A DNA stretch of 64,000 nucleotides from Macrostomum lignano (Eukaryota): NCBI GenBank assembly GCA_002269645.1, contig NIVC01001197.1:62001-126000 (forward strand), written 5' to 3'. Under the pieces are notes generated by a model. The model was not told the origin of the DNA, ran no database searches, and saw nothing but the letters and a program-made list of their open reading frames with translations. Shown here in pieces: positions 60,501 through 64,000 of the stretch. Each line of letters opens with the position of its first letter. Within the stretch, counting starts at the first letter, position 1. The position numbers were made by a program, and so were the translations under genes.

Positions 60501-63500
60501 TTTCAGCGGTCTAACGGTTAACATCTGTATTTTTACACTATATTTTCCTTCATACAGCAATATAAGAGGGTTTGGAAGAGTGAGTCTGGCGGGAGAGGGG
60601 GCTTGTGGGGTGATGAGGATGCGTACACACAGTTTAGCCTGTTTTAGCCTACCTTTTGGGCTAATATACTTACTGTTATTACTACTATTATACCTACTAT
60701 GTACATACTATTATACTACCCACTATTAAATATGTTGCACTAAAACCAACTTTTGGAAATACATAGTGTGTTTTGGTCGATTCTCCCTCACGTCTCTGTC
60801 CCTACACATGTGCTCTGCTCGCTTTGTTCTATGTTTGTGTACCTCTCTGTAACGTCTCTGTACGCTCAGACTGGTTTCTCCGTCCCCGCACGCACCTCTA
60901 CTAAAGTTTGCTGTTACCTACCCCTACACACTGCTCTCTGTCTCCCTCCGCGCACACCTCTCTGGCCTTGCATGCAACTTGCATGTCTACTCCCCTGTCC
61001 TGCCCTCGCGTGGGTCCCTGTCTATACATGGCTACCGGACCCTACCTCTCTGTGCCTTGCTCGGAACTCTGCCCCAGGCCCCCTTCACACTTCTCTGTCC
61101 CGGGCTGCAACTGGCTACACGCGCCTCTGTTCCCCTGCCAGCGTGGCTGCCTACACCTGCACACTGCTCTCTGTCCCCTCCTCTCCGCGCCTCTCTATCA
61201 TCCTATTCCTGCAGCCGACCGTGCCGTTCAGCTCTGTCCACGCACGGCTCCACCCCTGCCTGTGTCTCACTGTACCGCCCTGTGTGGCTCCCTTACCCAG
61301 CGCGTTTGCGCCCTATCTCCCTCCTGCTCCATATGTTTCTGTTCCCTCACACTACGCACGCGTGGCCTGCTCTCTGTCCATACACATCTCTGCTCCTCCA
61401 CTCTATCCTCGCGTGGCCCCTTGACTGTTCGCATGCCCCTGCATACCCTGCCTGCCTCTCTGTCCCCTGCAACTGGGGAGGGAGCTCTCTATCCTCTGTA
61501 CGGCTCTCTCTGTGGGGGTGTGTGACTCACACTGCCTCTCTGTCCTAGCATGCGCCTCTCTATCCGGCTCCTGCAGCAGGTTGTGTTATTCACATCTCTC
61601 TGTCCACCCACCCTCTGCCCGTACACACTCACTGTACAGGGCTGCGTCAGCATCGGGGTTAAAACTTCTCGCTCCCTATGCTTCAACAGTATAATAACCT
61701 AGTGGCCGTCTCTCTGTCCACCCACCCCTCTCTGCCCGTACATGCCTCTCTGTCCCAGCACCCCGTGTCTCTCTGTACCCCCCACCTCATACTGCTACAG
61801 GGGGCCGCCTGTTATCTGTCCCCTGCTACAGGGCGGCGTCAGCGTTAGGGTTGAAACTTCTCGCTCCCTATACCCCACAACCGTGTAGTGGCCTAGTATG
61901 GGCGCGACCTGGGTTCGATTTCGCTAGTTGAGATGTGGGTGAGAGAGGGGAAGAGGCACGTATCGTTGACTACATATCGGTGTACACACATATCGGGAGA
62001 GTGTACTGGGGAGAGTGTACTGGGGAGAGTGTACTTGGGGGAGTGTACACTTTATGCCGGGAGAGTGTACACCCGTATTGGGAGAGTGTACCTTTGGCTC
62101 GGGAGAGTGTACACTCGGGGCGCCTGCGGCATGGGCGCCTGCTGCATACATATCGGTGTACATATCGGGAGAGTGCGCATACATATCAGGAGGGTACCCC
62201 TGCGGCATGGTCGCCTGCGGCATACATATCGGGAGGGTCGCCTGCGGCTCGGGAGGGTGCACATATCGGGAGGGTGCGCCAGCGGCATGGGCGCCTGATT
62301 GGCGCTTGGCGCCAAGCGCCTGCGGCGCGCGCGCCAGCCAATGAGAGGCGAGGAGGGTTGACACCCACCCCACCTCCAAAAAGGGCGGATCTGCCGGCCC
62401 TTAGTAGTGACAGCGGTCAGCTTCTTCGAGCAGAATACATAAATTGCAAAATGTAGCAGAAGAAAGTGTTCATAGAACTCTTTTTGTAGAAAGTCTTTAA
62501 ACAAATATGGTCCAGCATATAGGAGAAGGGTACGAAATTCAGCCGCCTTGAAATGTGCCAATTCAGCAAAGGACCGGAGTTTCCTGCAGAAGGAGGATGG
62601 CAGAAATTTGGAGAAGTCCTCCGTCTTCTTTGACAGCTATTCAATTAGTTGCTGAGACACTCTGCACCTCATTCGACTAGGTAGAAAAAAGAACTTGCAA
62701 AGCTTTCGCATAACACCAAGCAGTATTAAATGCATATACTCTGGAGGAAATGCCAGTCGAAGTGGGACGATTTCAATTAGAGGAGAGATGCACAGTTGAT
62801 TGTTTTCCTCTCCCTTAGCATACTGACAGTCCTCTCGCTGCATGCTATTGGAATCAAGGAATACAACTCTGTTTCCGCAGTATAAGCCATTGACTCGGCA
62901 ATAGCCACAACCAGAGTAAGCAGTGTGCGACTTGATGCATTGGATGAAGGATCTGCAGGAGCATCACAGATGAAAACAATCTGTTCAACCAGGAAACAAA
63001 TGCCATTGATAAAAAAGGAACTACCAAAATCCTTTAATTCACGAACCAGAGGAGTGATAAATGAATCCAGCTCAGGTTTCCCAATTCCAGCAAAAACACC
63101 TAAAGGTAGAGGCTGTGAGTCATTTATGATGACCAAAATGGGCCAGAGACCAAAGTTTGAGCCATTAAAAAGTGGCACTCCATCAATGTTCAACTTTAGC
63201 TTTAGATGCACATAGCCATCATTGAGATGCCTTTGAAAAAATTGCGTGAAAGAAGATTTGAAATTGTGTTTTTCAAATAGAAGTGCATACTTTCCTCTTC
63301 CAGAAATGGATCTAGTTACACTGGAAAGATGTTTGCATGACTGCCGCAGCTTGTAGACACTTGGTTGACAGTCAATGTTGTGACGTTGAAGAATACCTAG
63401 GAGGTATGTCATTGCTGCCTGGCTGATGTTAACAAGATAAGAAAAAGTAGAAGCTCTTCAGCCAATGTTGATTTCCTAGAATTGCAATTCTCTTTCTTTG

Positions 63501-63749
63501 CTCTCTTGGGTTCAGATGGTTCCTCATTGCTGTCACAATAGTCAAGAAAACATCACTAACAAGCTCAGCAGTGGCAAAATAATCAATGCCATCATCATTA
63601 CCATCTTCAAAAGGCTCAAAACCTCCATCCTCCTCATCAGAGTCACTAAGATCAAGATGGTCTGCAGGTCCAGAGATCAAAGTTCTGAACTCCAACAAAT
63701 TAGCCTCAGTTTCAGCCCTTGCCTTTCGATACACACTTCGTGAAGGCAT
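54598..63749 (-). pseudogene. EnSpm/CACTA (CMC) transposase of the animal type, disrupted
   Basis: Motifs LKLNIDGVPLF..LWPIL, ICDAPA(R)SFIQCIKSHTAYSGCGYC (1-nt frameshift at about 62950), PEYMHLILLGV, an in-frame TAG at about 62637, HFKAAEFRTLLLY, YNIHCCLHL and FSAFPFENFLG. Split between KLTA and VYYSQ by the 55158-62409 insertion. Confidence 0.88.
55158..62409. mobile_element. 7.25-kb non-autonomous foldback element with about 3.25-kb inverted arms; CAC...GTG ends and 4-bp TSD (Chapaev/CMC-like)
   Basis: 55158-58404 is the reverse complement of 59161-62409. Mirror-ORF coordinate sums shift from 117567 to 117565, implying two 1-nt indels; one substitution is visible near 58330/59230. Spacer 58405-59160. 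Ends CACTACTAAGGGCC / GGCCCTTAGTAGTG. ACAG is duplicated at 55154-55157 and 62410-62413. Confidence 0.92.
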
Positions 63750-64000
63750 TAGTTATTAATTATCGAATCAATAACTTACTTGTACACTTGTTTGAAAATA
63801 TTTGGCTTAGCTAATAGACAAAGCTTCCAATGAAGAATAATTGCTGCCAAAACAGGCCACAGAAATCTGAAATAATGTTAGGCATTAGGGTTGATAGGAA
63901 AAGTTCCAATTCAGGCATAACTTAAAAACATATTTTAATGCCATTACTATTGAAGAAATTCAATTGAGGGAAACTATTAACTAAATAATTGTAACAGGGG

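Noticed and set aside
55141-62379. Many mirrored ORFs in the palindrome arms
   Set aside because: They derive from subterminal and ACAGAGAG-type repeats, have no domain motifs, and one is frameshifted between otherwise identical arms.
55158-62409. Assembly fold-back artefact
   Set aside because: The 4-bp duplication, exact restoration of the host reading frame, unique 756-bp spacer and small arm differences favour a real insertion. Read-level confirmation is still needed.
63990-64000. Terminal CAGGG as the partner TIR of CCCTG at 51844
   Set aside because: The match does not extend beyond 5 bp.

Overview
Eukaryotic (invertebrate animal) genomic DNA; no prokaryotic genes, CRISPR arrays or rRNA/tRNA were seen, and the species cannot be determined from the sequence. 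Bases 1-40 kb hold a tandem cluster of same-strand, intron-rich genes for single-pass membrane proteins, which I reconstructed by hand from GT-AG splice sites. Three are paralogous CUB-repeat receptors: P1 (3' part only, 1693-5467), P2 (complete, 17879-26128: signal peptide, 9 CUB, 3 mucin exons, TM, Tyr-rich tail, about 1348 aa) and P3 (first two coding exons, 34990-40136). They alternate with two small TM genes: a 115-aa signal-less adaptor-like gene behind a duplicated CUB-gene promoter (12448-14388) and a 209-aa 2xEGF-mucin-TM gene (27589-29123). The rest is transposon-rich: a Gypsy 3' end, an RTE LINE, DIRS/Ngaro and Crypton recombinase fragments, hAT MITEs, Helentron-like repeats, and a decayed EnSpm/CMC element. 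That element's transposase is split by a 7.25-kb near-perfect palindromic insertion (55158-62409; CACTAC...GTAGTG ends, 4-bp target duplication). A small foldback insertion in a P1 intron carries two inverted minimal hammerhead ribozyme motifs. Most long ORFs in the supplied track over repeats (15-mer arrays, CT tracts, palindrome arms) are spurious.
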